DNA of 20,000 nucleotides, from the NCBI RefSeq assembly GCF_004010195.1, contig NC_057719.1, positions 27,054,621 to 27,074,620 on the forward strand. The letters are read 5' to 3'. Shown in pieces: positions 1-10,669 of this stretch (positions are counted from its first letter, which is position 1; the number at the start of each line of letters is the position of its first letter). This DNA is from Chiloscyllium plagiosum. Lineage: Eukaryota. The notes beneath the pieces are model-generated. The model did not search any database and was not told the DNA's origin. It saw nothing but the letters and a program-made list of their open reading frames with translations. The translations under genes were made by a program, and so were the position numbers.

Positions 1-95
1 GTGTTGGTTACATGGGCTTCAGATTGGTTTCACAGGTCGGCGCAACATCGAGGGCCGAAGGGGCTATACTGCACTGTAATGTTCCATGTTCTATG
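1..95 (+). mobile_element. 3' end of a CR1/HER1-like LINE
   Basis: Terminal motif ggtcggcgcaacatcgagggccgaaggggctatactgcactgtaat followed by the short tandem tail gttccatgttctatg. It resembles the SINE tails and the CR1 end at 17199. Confidence 0.75.
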
Positions 96-99
96 GCAA

Positions 100-600
100 G
101 GTGAGAGGTTAATGATTCTGTGGATGGAGACGATGTATTGTTCAAAGTTATCTCAGTGTCAAGGAGCACACTCTCTGGTTGGAAGGATTTTGCTTAACTT
201 CTGACAGTTGCTAGGGATAGAAATGGCCAGACAATGTCATCTGGGTATGGAACAAAGGCAAAGTTTTCAGTCCACCCAATATTTAGTAAGAGGAAACTCT
301 TGTTCATTTAATTTAGAAGCTGGGCAAGTGGTCTACCAAATGAGAAGGAACCAGTGACATGCTGGCACATTCACGCTGAGCAGATGCAAAAGGGTAACAA
401 ACAGATGAAAAGTTGAAGGGGGTCATTGATTGATCCGTGAGTGATGCTCGAGGTAATGGAGTGGAGTGATCTGAGAAACCATTACATGACACTTCAAGGT
501 TTGTTAATCAGCAGGTCACGATGCCAAACCAACACTTCTCTAATATACTACATTGACTTTGACCATTTTCTGAATGTTAAATCTTGACAAAACATAGGGG
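100..600 (-). mobile_element. Highly decayed L2/CR1-group LINE RT remnant
   Basis: The minus strand shows a degenerate PQGSxLGPLLFxIYMLPL-like stretch (~385-440) and ttcctcttactaaatattgggtggactgaa, resembling FLxLNIGKTE (~266-296). There is no open frame. Confidence 0.45.
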
Positions 601-959
601 ATATTCCCTATGGATGAATAATTTACAAAACATGCAGCAAGTGAGCTGCTCACAAAACTATAAAGGAATGAAGGCATTAGTGCAGGAACTGAAGTGCTAT
701 TATTTTCTGTATTGCATGAATCCCTGGATGAATTCTAATTTCATCTTGCTTCCAAGTTTATTTTTGGCATTTTGTTATTATACTCGTTTATATTTCTGCT
801 ACATTTGTTTCTGGGGACGTTTTGCTGCAGATGACAGAGCAATATCCACCGGTGTAAAATCGAATCATGTGGTGTCATTCAGATCATTGAATCAGTTAGG
901 ATGTCATTTTACTGTGGCATGGGTTAGAGAGAGAGGACCTGCTGAAAGTGTAATGGGAT

Positions 960-1630
960 CTGCAAGAAAGCCTGCAACACAATCTGCTAAAACTATTCAA
1001 AGCCAATGATAGAATGTTATTGGATGGAGGTGTAAGGTTCTGAAAAGCTTAATGCTGCAGAGATGAATTAAGGAAACCCCCATTCCCTCTCCCAACAATA
1101 TGGTGATGTCACAGGGCTTTGGATAGAGAACGACTTTGGACCCCAAGACACTAAGACCTAACATCAGGGTCTCCCTCATAGTCCAAGTAACAATGTCGAT
1201 TATAGCAATGTAACTTACACTTGATGATTTGGAGATGCTGGTGTTGGATTGGGGTGCACAAAGTTAAAAATCACGCCACACCAGGTTATAGTCCAACAGA
1301 TTTAATTGGAAGCACTAGCTTTCGGAACGCTGTTCCTTCATACAACCACCTGATGAAGGAGCAGTGCTCTGAACGCTAGTGCTTTCAATTAAACCTGTTA
1401 GAATGTAACCTAGTGTTGTGTGATTTTTAACTTACACTTAGTTGCTATGATGTGACAACCTACAATGCATTAAAGATAAAAGGCATTTTCTCATTAGACT
1501 ATAGGATAGTTCCCCTCTACCACACCAGATCAAGCAGGTCTTGTAGATCACTACCAGGGAAAGGGATCGTGGCAGCAAATCTATTAGATCTGCTCTTCAC
1601 TAGGATTAGCTGTGATGATGATCCACCACA
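960..1630. repeat. Old unclassified repeat, copy A (interrupted by the element at 1223-1433)
   Basis: Colinear with 3855-4570. 1014-1063 vs 3913-3962 is 38/50 identical ungapped; 1507-1548 vs 4439-4480 is 34/42 identical. Confidence 0.8.
1223..1433. mobile_element. Palindromic Penelope-like pseudo-LTR/MITE-like element with hammerhead core motifs
   Basis: Inverted arms of ~80 bp (1261-1341 and ~1353-1433; aagttaaaaatcac...gtgatttttaactt). CTGATGA-aggagcagtgctct-GAAC lies at 1350-1374. A direct repeat TAACTTACACTT sits at 1211-1222 and 1428-1439. Confidence 0.75.
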
Positions 1631-2686
1631 CAGCATGGTGGCATCCGTCTGATTATTTAGCCTTAAAGCTAGATAGCAAGCAGTGCGGGTCTGAAGAGCC
1701 TTCAGAAACAGCTATGAGAGGGTTGGTGGTGTGACATATAACAGTTAAAAAACCCAAAATGTTAATTTCTCTGCAGAAGTGAAAACCAGAACAAACTTCT
1801 GTATGATGGAATCTACAATTGATCAGAAAAAATATTTCAGACCTGCAGGAGACATATTCAAGGCAAGGGTGAGCTAGAAACTTCATGGAGCTAGAACACT
1901 AGTCACGCCTGAATGGTTATAATTTGCTTTGGGTGCTAATAATCCAGGAACAGTCCTGAGTTGACATGTAGCCAGAGGGCAGATGGACATTTGAGGCTCC
2001 ATGGGTTGTTGAAATGCTTGATGGGCAACTGAAAACTCTAAAAACAAATGACACTTGGAAAACTGGATATAAACAAAGTACTGGCAGTTCAGACTGAGTG
2101 CTGCTACCTAGTGACAGAGCACAAGGAGGTATGACTACAGTGGAAAATCAGTGGGACATCAGGGGCCAGAGTGGAAATTTGAAGTAAAGCTACAGACTCA
2201 GGAAATCTTAAAGCCAGAATTAAACCAATAAAGGGGAAATTTAAAAGCCTGAGCAAACAAAGTCTGATGAAATAAGAAAGTTTGGAGTTCATTGAGCCTG
2301 CAGGAAAGGTTGGAAATCTTTTACTTAAAGCTGTGGTTAAAACTGCAGACATTAGGACTTATTCAGGGAAAGAAAAACATTAAAGCAATGGGAATTATTA
2401 TTTCACTACAGACAGTGCAAATCATTTCACAAAACGCACGAACAGAACTGGATTTGTCTTATAAAGACCCGGTGAGTAGGTTTCATTCACAACAGCCATT
2501 AAAAGAACAGGAATCATTTATTAAAGCCATAGGCCATGGAATTCATTTGGTACAACCAAAGTGATCAAGAATGTTTATTAAAGTAATAATTAGCAGGATT
2601 AATTTAAGAAAAGCTGCAAATAAAAATGGGAATAATCCATTTTAGTCAGAATAAGCAGAAACTTTCCTATTTAACTGCAAAATGAT

Positions 2687-2724
2687 AGCACTACACAGTA
2701 ACAGCAGCACTACACAGTAACAGC
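2687..2724 (+). repeat. Perfect 19-bp tandem duplication
   Basis: AGCACTACACAGTAACAGC at 2687-2705 and 2706-2724. Confidence 0.95.
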
Positions 2725-3335
2725 AAGGCAATACTGCAGAATTAATAACTCTTAAAGCAAGCAGAATAAATAATTATATTTGAATGATATGGCAGCAGGA
2801 ATAAGATTTTAATTTTAAGTAATATTATCAAAGCACATAATTCAAGAAAACTATTCTTGAGTTACAGAATTGTTTCCAAACAGGATAATAAGTCAGAAAC
2901 TGGACAAATTAATACAGTTTTATATTCAATTTGGATTATAGCTTGTGATGTGGTAGCTTCCTTCTTTTAAACCTTTAAGAATACCTATTTATATCTGTAC
3001 TTTTGATGAAGTTCTGTAATGTTTGATGATTATTTTAACCTCCCCGCAAATAAAATTATTAAATGAGCAAGATCATTCTCTGAAAATTATCTCTAAACAT
3101 GTAGAAAATGCAACTCTAGATCTGTAAAGTTAGAATTCATAAGAGACAGAATTGTTGGAATTGCTGAAGAGTCTTTGTCAGATTTATTTTTGCCCAAAGA
3201 TGATTTGCATTTTGATGAAAGCCATTCAGATGGTGAATGAAGCAGAAATCTGGAAGCAACACAGGTCAGTCCTAAGAAGGGACATATGACTTTAATGCCG
3301 GAGATTAGCATAATCCATTCAGTTCTCTAAGTACA

Positions 3336-3634
3336 GATGGCATGGTGGCACAGTGGTTAGCACTGCTGCCTCACAGCGCCAGAGACCCAGGTTCAATTCC
3401 CGCCTCAAGCAACTGTCTGTGTGGAGTTTGCACATTCTCCCCGTGTCTGCATGGGTTTCCTCTGGGTGCTCCGGTTTTCTCCCACAGTCCAAAAATGTGC
3501 AGGTTAAGTGAATTGACCATGCTAAATTGCCCCGTAGTAAATATAGGGGAATGGGTCTGAGTGGTTTGCTCTTCGGATGGTTGGTGTGGACTTGTTGGGC
3601 CGCAGGGCCTGTTTCCACACTGTAAGTAATCTAA
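3336..3634 (+). mobile_element. tRNA-derived SINE (HE1-like), full length
   Basis: A box TGGCACAGTGG, B box GGTTCAATTCC, LINE-like tail gggccgcagggcctgtttccacactgt plus taatc repeats. 10-bp TSD TCTAAGTACA at 3326-3335 and 3635-3644. Confidence 0.93.
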
Positions 3635-3854
3635 TCTAAGTACAAATACCTAAAGAGATACATGAGAAGCCAATACAGCAAATCACAGATAATAAGAGTT
3701 ACATTCATTGCTGTGGTGAAAGGAACCTTCACAAGCATTAGTATTGCCCAGCCATAAAAAAGAATACTTTATACGTAAAGAAAAAAACAATTTTAGAAAT
3801 GTGCCAAATTAGCATACAGTCACGGAGCAACAAAAACTCAAATAGCTCCTCATT

Positions 3855-4570
3855 GAAAGAAATCTGTGATAGTTCAGGTTACTAACTGTAACTGTTGAAG
3901 GACAATGAAGGCATGTTGTTGAAAAGGGCTGTAAAGGTCTGAAAATGTTCATGCTGAAGAGAGCATTAAGCACTACCTGATGCCATGTGGACTTGAGCAG
4001 GGAACAGCTTTGGGGCTCAATCTTTCACTGTCTTAATAACAAGATCTAAGTTATGTAAGGATGCAGTGGTGGCTCAGTGGTTAGCCCAGCTGCCTCACAG
4101 CGTCAGAGACCCAGGTTCAATTCCCACCTTGTGCGACTGTGTGGAGTTTGCACATTCTCCCTGTGTCTGTGTGGGTTTCCTCCTGGTGCTCCAGTTTCCT
4201 CACACAATCCAAAGATATGCAAGCCAGGTGAAGTGGCCATGCTAAATTGCCTGTAATGTTTGGTGCGTTAGTCAGGGGAATGGGTCTGGGCGGGTTACTC
4301 TTTGGAGGGTCGGTGTGGACTTGTTGGGAAGGCCTGTTTCCATACTGTTGGGAATCTAATCAAGTTGTACCTAGTTCCTATCATGCAATGAACTACATCT
4401 TCTTTAAGACAAGCACCACTTCTTGGTGGATAATAAGGTAGTTTTCCTCTACCATACTAGACCAAGCAAATCCTGTAGATGTCACCAGAATAGAGAATGA
4501 TATCAGAAAATCTGGCTGATATCTTCTTCACCAAGGTGAACTCTGATGAGGATCCATCTTACAACAGATA
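3855..4570. repeat. Old unclassified repeat, copy B (interrupted by the SINE at 4059-4361)
   Basis: Colinear homology with 960-1630 on both sides of the SINE. Confidence 0.8.
4059..4361 (+). mobile_element. tRNA-derived SINE (HE1-like)
   Basis: A box TGGCTCAGTGG, B box GGTTCAATTCC, the same body as 3336-3634 and tail atctaatc. Imperfect flanking repeat aagttatgta (4048-4057) / aagttgta (4362-4369). Confidence 0.92.
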
Positions 4571-4779
4571 CGATTACAAGAATCTGAGGAGAAATTGCTA
4601 GAGGGATCCACCGATATTACAAGCTGCACCAGGGATCAGAAAGTGAAGGCAGCCCTCTGAAAGAATCTGAATATTAACAGGCACTTCACTAAGTCTAGAT
4701 TGCAGAATGTTAGAAGCCAAGAGGGACCTAGACAGAGAAAGCCACACCTTCAGTGGAGTTGAATACTGAAAACATTGTA

Positions 4780-5400
4780 TCCCAATCTGACTTAGTCCCA
4801 TTTGCCAGCATTTGGCCCATATCCTGTAAAAGCTTCCTATTCATATACCCATCCAGATCCTTTTAAATTGTATAATTGTACTTGCCTCCATCATTTCCTT
4901 TGGCAGCTCATTCCATACATCCACCACCCTCTGCTTGTAAGGTTGCCCCTCAGGTCCTTTTTTAAGTCTTTCTTCTCTCACCTTAAACCTATGCTGACCA
5001 GTTCTGGACTCCCCTACCCTATGAAAAGGACCCCATCCATACCCCTCATAATTTTATAAATCTCTATAAGGTCACCCCTCAGTCTTTGGTGCTCCAGGGA
5101 AAATAGTCCTAGCCTGTTCAGCCTCTCCCTGTATCTCAAACCCTCCAGTTCTGGCAACATCCTTGTAAATCCTTTTTGCATCCTCTGAAGTTCAACAAGA
5201 TACTTTCTGTAGGAGGGAGACCAGAATCGCACGTAGTATTCTACAAGTGGTCTCACCAATGTCCTGTACAGCCATAACATGACATCCCAACTCCTATACT
5301 CAATGTTCTAAACAATGAAGGCAAGAATGTCCAAGGTCTTCTTCACCACCCTATCAACTTATGACTCCACTTTCAAGGAGCTATACACCTGCTCCCCTAG
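4780..5400 (-). mobile_element. CR1 LINE fragment, ORF2 C-terminus and 3' UTR
   Basis: ORF 5014-5280 LYRTLVRPLVEYYVRFWSP...RERLNRLGLFSLEHQRLRGDLIEIYKIMRG is the classic CR1 ORF2 C-terminal region. Confidence 0.92.
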
Positions 5401-5402
5401 GT

Positions 5403-5718
5403 AGAAAAAAGGACAATCCAGCACAGGATTAGGCCTTTGACCCTCCAAATCTGCATCACCACAAATTCCCCAGTACTAAAACTGTCTTCACTAACAGGGT
5501 CTGCATCCTTCTATTTGATTCCTATTCATGGATTCGTCCAAGTGCTTCTTCAATACTGTTATTGTGTCTACTTTCACCACCTCCTCTGTCAACGCATTCC
5601 TGGCACTCACCACCCTTTGTGTTAAATACCTGCCTCACATTCCTCTTTTAAGCTTCCCTCTCTCACCTTGAACCTGTGTCCCCTAGTAATTGACCTCTCC
5701 ACCTTGGGAAAAAAGCCT
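5403..5718 (-). mobile_element. 3' end of a second, older CR1 subfamily
   Basis: The minus strand reads RVVSARNALTEEVVKV-like (CR1 RVVxxWNxLPxxVVE motif, ~5570-5615), followed by a CR1-type UTR and terminal hairpin near 5420-5445. Confidence 0.7.
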
Positions 5719-6210
5719 CAACAGCACCGATCCTTGTGGTACTCCACTGGTCACAGGCCTCCAGTCTGAAAAACAACCTTCCACGATCACCTTTGTGCCA
5801 GTTCTGTATTCAATGGCTAATTCTCCCTGTATTCCGTGAGATCTAACCTTGCTAATCAGTCTCCCATGAGGAACCTTGTTGAACGCCTTACCGAAGTCCA
5901 AAGAGATCACATTTACTGCTCTGCTCTCATCAATCTTCTTTGTTACTTCCTCAAAAAACTCAATCAAGTTTGTGAGACATGATTTCCCACGCACAAAGCT
6001 ATGTTGACTATCCTTAATCAGTCCTTGCCTTTCCAAATACATGTAAAACCTGTCCCTCAGGATTCCCTCCAACAACTTGCCCACCACCGACGTCAGGCTC
6101 ACTGGTCTATAGTTCCCTGGCTTGTCCTTACCACCCTTCTTAAACAGTGGCAGCACGTTAGCCAACCTCCAGTCTTCCGGTACCTCACCTGTGACTATTG
6201 ATGATACAAA
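5719..6210 (-). mobile_element. CR1 LINE reverse-transcriptase fragment
   Basis: ORF 5683-6165 ANVLPLFKKGGKDKPGNYRPVSLTSVVGKLLEGI...SCLTNLIEFFEEVT...LDFGKAFNKVPH...SGVPQGSVL. Confidence 0.95.
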
Positions 6211-7112
6211 TCAAATGGGATTTTGTCAAGGTACTGACACCCATATGTAAAAGTGTGAATGTGTAACATCAAAATTAGAGCATAGGAGATGTATTTAAAG
6301 AAAGAGGTGTGTAACCAGCCATCTTTTACTGTAGAGACACTAACACAAACAGACTTGCAGAATGCAACTCCTACCTGCACCAACACATTCAGGGAAGGGC
6401 ACCAGCCACTTGGTTCCAACAGCACTGTTCAATTTCCAGCAGCAAGTGTAGCACAGGAAAGCGATGCAACTGATTCTCTGACCCATAGTCCCATCAATAA
6501 CGGTTTACTGATAGCTTGTGCGAGGTTAGTAAGTCTAACCTTTCATATCAGGTCAACCTGAATACAGGAAAAGATTCATTGGCACCATCCCTAAACATAC
6601 CCTTACCGCCGTACAGGACAACACTCATTCAATGCCCAGCTGTTTTCTACTTGCTGCAATTTCATTGCAGTTTCTCAAAGACTGATGTTGAATAATAGAC
6701 AGCCTTCCCCTTTAAGTTCATGCCTCCTGGCAACTGGATGCACAAACTCAGTTTGTTTTGGCATTGTCCGGGGCTACAAGGGTACTTAGCTGCTGCAGGG
6801 AAGGAGTTCGATCGAGCTCGGTTTCTGGACCATGGCAAATGCAGTGTCTTATCTTAAAGTACGTCTTTAGTCCGCTCTGCTTGTTAGCATTATTCTTTTA
6901 AGCTTCTCTTTGTTCATTGCGACAAAAAATTTCTGTGTTTGCTTATTTATTCACTCCTTTATTCCTGGCCACAATGGCATTGGGCAAGTTATATGAACCA
7001 TTTCTGGAAGTTACAAGTGTACAGATTTCAGACCACTGGGTCTAACCTTTATTAATATACAGCTATAAATTGGTGATCCTGTACCCCTTGTCCAATTCGA
7101 TCTTAAAGAATT

Positions 7113-7710
7113 TTACATAGAAATCTCCTTACAAGTTTGTTTCTCAATTTCCCTCTGACGATTAGGGGGTCTATAATACAATCCCAATAAGGTGATCACC
7201 CCTTTCTTATTTCTCAGTTCCACCCAAATAATTTCCCTGGATGTATTTCCAGGAATATCCTCCCTCAGCACAGCTGTAATGCTATCCCTTATCAAAAATG
7301 CCACCTCCTCCCTTACCTCCCTTTCAATCCTTCCTGTAGCATTTGTTTCCTGGAACATTAAGCTGCCAGTCCGGCCCATCCCTGAGCCATGTTTCTGTAA
7401 TTGCTATGATATCCCAGTCCCATGATCCTAACCATGCCCGAAGTTCATCTGCCTTCACTGTTAGGCCCCTTGCATTGAAATAAATGCAGTTTAATTTATT
7501 AGTCCTACCTTGTCCCTGCCTGCCCTGACTATTTGACTCGCTTCTTTTCTCAAAAGTACCAGTCTCAGATTGGTCTCTTTCCTCACTATCTCCCTGGGTC
7601 TCCCTCCCCCCACCGCCCCCATATCACATACTGTTTCTGTTGCAAATTCCTCATAGCTTCTAACCGATCCATTTGATCTGATAAGATTTGCAGCCAGCAG
7701 CATTTATGGC
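7113..7710 (-). mobile_element. CR1 LINE 5' fragment: ORF1 piece, inter-ORF region and start of APE endonuclease
   Basis: The endonuclease reads VAFLIRDSITAVLRED...IWVELRNKKGVITLLGLYYRPPN (7113-7379). The stretch KCCWLQILSDQMDRLEAMRNLQ (~7640-7708) resembles the CR1 ORF1 zinc/coiled-coil region and is not RT sequence. Confidence 0.8.
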
Positions 7711-7711
7711 T

Positions 7712-8490
7712 GATCAAAGTCATCAATGTATCCACACAATTGGGTAACCTGGCAATGACCTTATTAGTCAGTCTCGGAAATGTGGCTGGAGCATTTTCCA
7801 GACCAAATGGCATGACTTTGAATTGATATAGTCAATTTGGCATTAAGAAAGCAGAAATTGCCTTTGCTCTCTCTGACAGAGGTACTGTCAGTAGCATCTG
7901 AGCAAGTGGGCGGCACGGTGGCACAGTGGTTAGCACTGTTGCCTCGCAGCGCCTGAGACCCGGGTTCAATTCCCGCCTCAGGCGACTGACTGTGTGGAGT
8001 TTGCACGTTCTCCCCGTGTCTGCGTGGGTTTCCTCCGGGTGCTCCGGTTTCCTCCCACAGTCCAAAGATGTGCAGGGTCAGGTGAATTGGCCATACTAAA
8101 TTGCCCGTAGTATTAGGTAAGGGGTAAATGTAGGGGTATGGGTGGGTTCGCTTCGGCGGGTCGGTGTGGACTTGTTGGGCCGAAGGGCCTGTTTCCACAC
8201 TGTAATGTAATCTACTCTAATCAAGTCCAACTTCGAAATATATGCTGCTTGTCCCACTTTTTCGACACAGTCCTCCAACCGTGGAATTGGGTATGCATCA
8301 GTCTTTGTAACGGCGTTGACTTTGCGATAGTCCACACATAATTGTTGGGTATCATCTGGCTTTGGCACCATGACTATGGGTGAGCTCCAGATACTGTAAC
8401 TCACTTCGATTATGCCATCTTGAATCATGCGCTCTATCTCCTTCTGAACCTGTGCCAAAATTAGAGGGTTATGCCTATAAGCAAGTTGCT
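7712..8490 (-). pseudogene. Gypsy reverse transcriptase N-terminal half, split by a SINE
   Basis: WSSPIVMVPKPD..LCVDYRKVNAVTKTDAYPIPRLED..SKLDL | SINE | LRCY*Q/VPLSERAKAISAF..MPFGLENAPATF..YIDD (7719-7730). Confidence 0.93.
7908..8221 (+). mobile_element. tRNA-derived SINE (HE1-like), young CpG-rich copy
   Basis: Starts GGGCGGCACGG, with A box 7919-7929, B box 7963-7973 and tail tctactctaat. 5-bp TSD CAAGT at 7903-7907 and 8222-8226. Confidence 0.95.
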
Positions 8491-8759
8491 TAATTGCAAC
8501 AGCATCTCCTATCTCTACATCATCACAATTAGTTTAGTACTTACCAGTTTATTTCCGCATATCTCTCAATGTGATAATAACTCTTTCAGGACATTTTGAT
8601 TTTCTTGTGGAAGGTAGCTCAATAATTTATCCCAATTTTTGACAACTTCCTCATTGTCCAATTTGATTTGAGGACTGTCCAATTCAGAATCCTCTGAACT
8701 TGGTTCTTCCTCCTGTGTTTAATCATTAACACCGTCTCCTCTTGCTTTCCTTCCCTATC

Positions 8760-9963
8760 AAAATACCTTTTGAGCATACTCACATGACACACTCTCTGAG
8801 ATTTCTTCCTGTCTGGAGTCCTTATCAAGTAGTTCACCTCACTCAATTTCCTCTCAATTTGATAAGGTCCACTAAACCTGGCTTTTAAAAGCTCATCTGT
8901 TACTGGAAGCAGCAACAGTACCTTACTGCCAATTGCAAAATTGCGAATTTGTATTTTGTTATACGCTTCCTGTTTCATTGTATGCTGTGATACTTTCAAA
9001 TGCTGTTTAGCCAACTCTCCAGCTCTATTTAATCGTTTTCTAAAATTTGACACATCGTTCAAATAGGTGGTCTCTGAAATCTGACATATTAATTTCTCCT
9101 TAATCAATTTTAATGGTCCTCTTACTTTATGCCCAAAAATTAATTAAATTGGACTGAATTTGGTCAATTCATTTGGTGCATCTCTGTTTGCAATCATCTG
9201 GATAATCCTGACCATAAGCCCTCAACATGGTTTTTAGTGTTTGATACCATCTCTCTAGCGCTCCCTGTGATTCTGGATGGTACGCAGTAAATTTGAATTG
9301 CTTTATTTCCAAGTTATCCATATCCTCCTTGAATAGTTTGGAAATGAAGTTTGATCCTTAATCTGACTGGATCTCTATTGGTAGTCTGCATTTAGTAAAA
9401 AAATTAAGTAATTCTTCTACAATCCTTTTTTGCTGTGATGTTGCATAATAGGATTGCCTCTGGAAATTTAGTCGACACATCCATTATTGTTAATAAATAT
9501 TTATTTCCAATTTTGTTTGAGGTGGGAACCTCAATCAAGACTTGTGAAAGGTTCCTCAAATGCTGGAATAGGTATTAAAGGTGCAGGTTTTATTACTGCC
9601 TGTCGTTTTCCGATTACCTGATATGTATGACACATCTGGCAAAATTCAACTACATCCTTGTGTAGTCCAGGCCCAGTAAAAACGTCTTTGTATTTTAGCC
9701 TATGTTTTCCTCACCCCTAAATGATCTCCAATTGGTAGCTCATGCATGACTTGTAGCACCTCCTTTCTATACCCTACTGGCAAAACAACTTGATGAATCT
9801 CTGCCCATTTCTCATCTGCTTGAATGTATGAGCGTCTCCATTTCCTCATTAAAACATCATTTATTAAGTAATAGCACACACGAATGCATTCACTTTCTTT
9901 CTCAGTAAATGCCTTTTGATATAACTGTTTTAACTCCTCATCTTTCTGTTTTAATTCAATCAC
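8760..9963 (-). pseudogene. Integrase remnant
   Basis: HHCC region VLQVMHELPIGDHLGVRKT...FYW/PGLHKDVVEFCQMC. Core LPIEIQSD*GSNFISKLF...AYHPESQGALER. C-terminal LKARFSGPYQI (GPY/F). Confidence 0.9.
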
Positions 9964-10189
9964 TTTAGCAGAGCTAAAAAATACTGGAATGTTTACTTAT
10001 TTGCCCCTTCTCTGTTCCACTTATCTGATCAAAGAAAGTTTCGGATAACACTATGTCAGCTTCCTTATCTGTGCCTTTTGATCCCTCCTACTTCAACTTG
10101 TGCCTCTGTGATCTTGTGATCACACAATCAGGGAAAACTCTTGGATAAACATTCTTCATTTCTTCAGTGGCTGTGTCTCCACGGGCTTT

Positions 10190-10470
10190 TCAACTAGAGT
10201 AGGCAGCACGCCTACCAGTGAATCAGCTATATCATTTGCAAAGACAAATTGTATTCTTGGAGCTGAGAGTTTGTCCAGTATGCCTTCCACAAATTCTCCA
10301 CTCTTCTCTGGACTCTCTAGCCTCACTTTATATAATTGAGCACTTTTGTCTCACCATAAATTCCTGTTACCAGTACCTTCTCTGGCAATAGCCCCTCAGA
10401 AGTGCATATCTCCTCATCCTTCATCCTTAAGAGGATCCTGTGTCCCTTAATATTGTAACCTCCTTATCTA
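10190..10470 (-). pseudogene. Aspartic protease remnant
   Basis: KEVTILRDTGSS with DTG at 10436-10444, and C-terminal VFANDIA (LLGND-like). Confidence 0.8.
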
Positions 10471-10669
10471 CTGCTCCTGACCTATGTGAATAAACTTTAC
10501 CCTTGCATATATATATATTTTTTTAAGCAGATTTGGCACTTGATCCTTAATCAACCTCTGATCACCTTCTATGCTCTGAGGCAGTTGTCTAACTTCTCTG
10601 TGCTTTTTGTTACTAGTCCAACAAAACTTCCACGCTTGTCTGGTTTTCCTACACCTGGCTTTCTCCTAG

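Noticed and set aside
584..1009. 141-aa ORF
   Set aside because: TTG start, no recognisable domain or splice structure, and AT-rich intronic composition.
1691..1709. CTGAAGA...GAAAC as another hammerhead
   Set aside because: The intervening gccttca cannot form stem II; it is just a small ctgaag/cttcag hairpin.
2687..2724. CRISPR-like array
   Set aside because: Two adjacent copies with no spacer, in vertebrate DNA.
3319..3618. ORFs with CGRKPEHPEETHADTGRxCKLHT / MVAQWLALLPHS (also 7764-8198, 7832-8065, 13346-13666)
   Set aside because: These are recurrent chance translations of the SINE, not genes.
6001..6201. Repeated MLTILNQSLPFQIHV ORFs (also 17690-17890, 19376-19579) as a gene family
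   Set aside because: They are antisense frames of CR1 RT.
7908..7980. tRNA gene
   Set aside because: The A/B boxes belong to the SINE head and continue into the SINE body and LINE-like tail.
8619..9107. Domesticated integrase gene
   Set aside because: The surrounding integrase core has stops and frameshifts (e.g. QSD*G), consistent with neutral decay.
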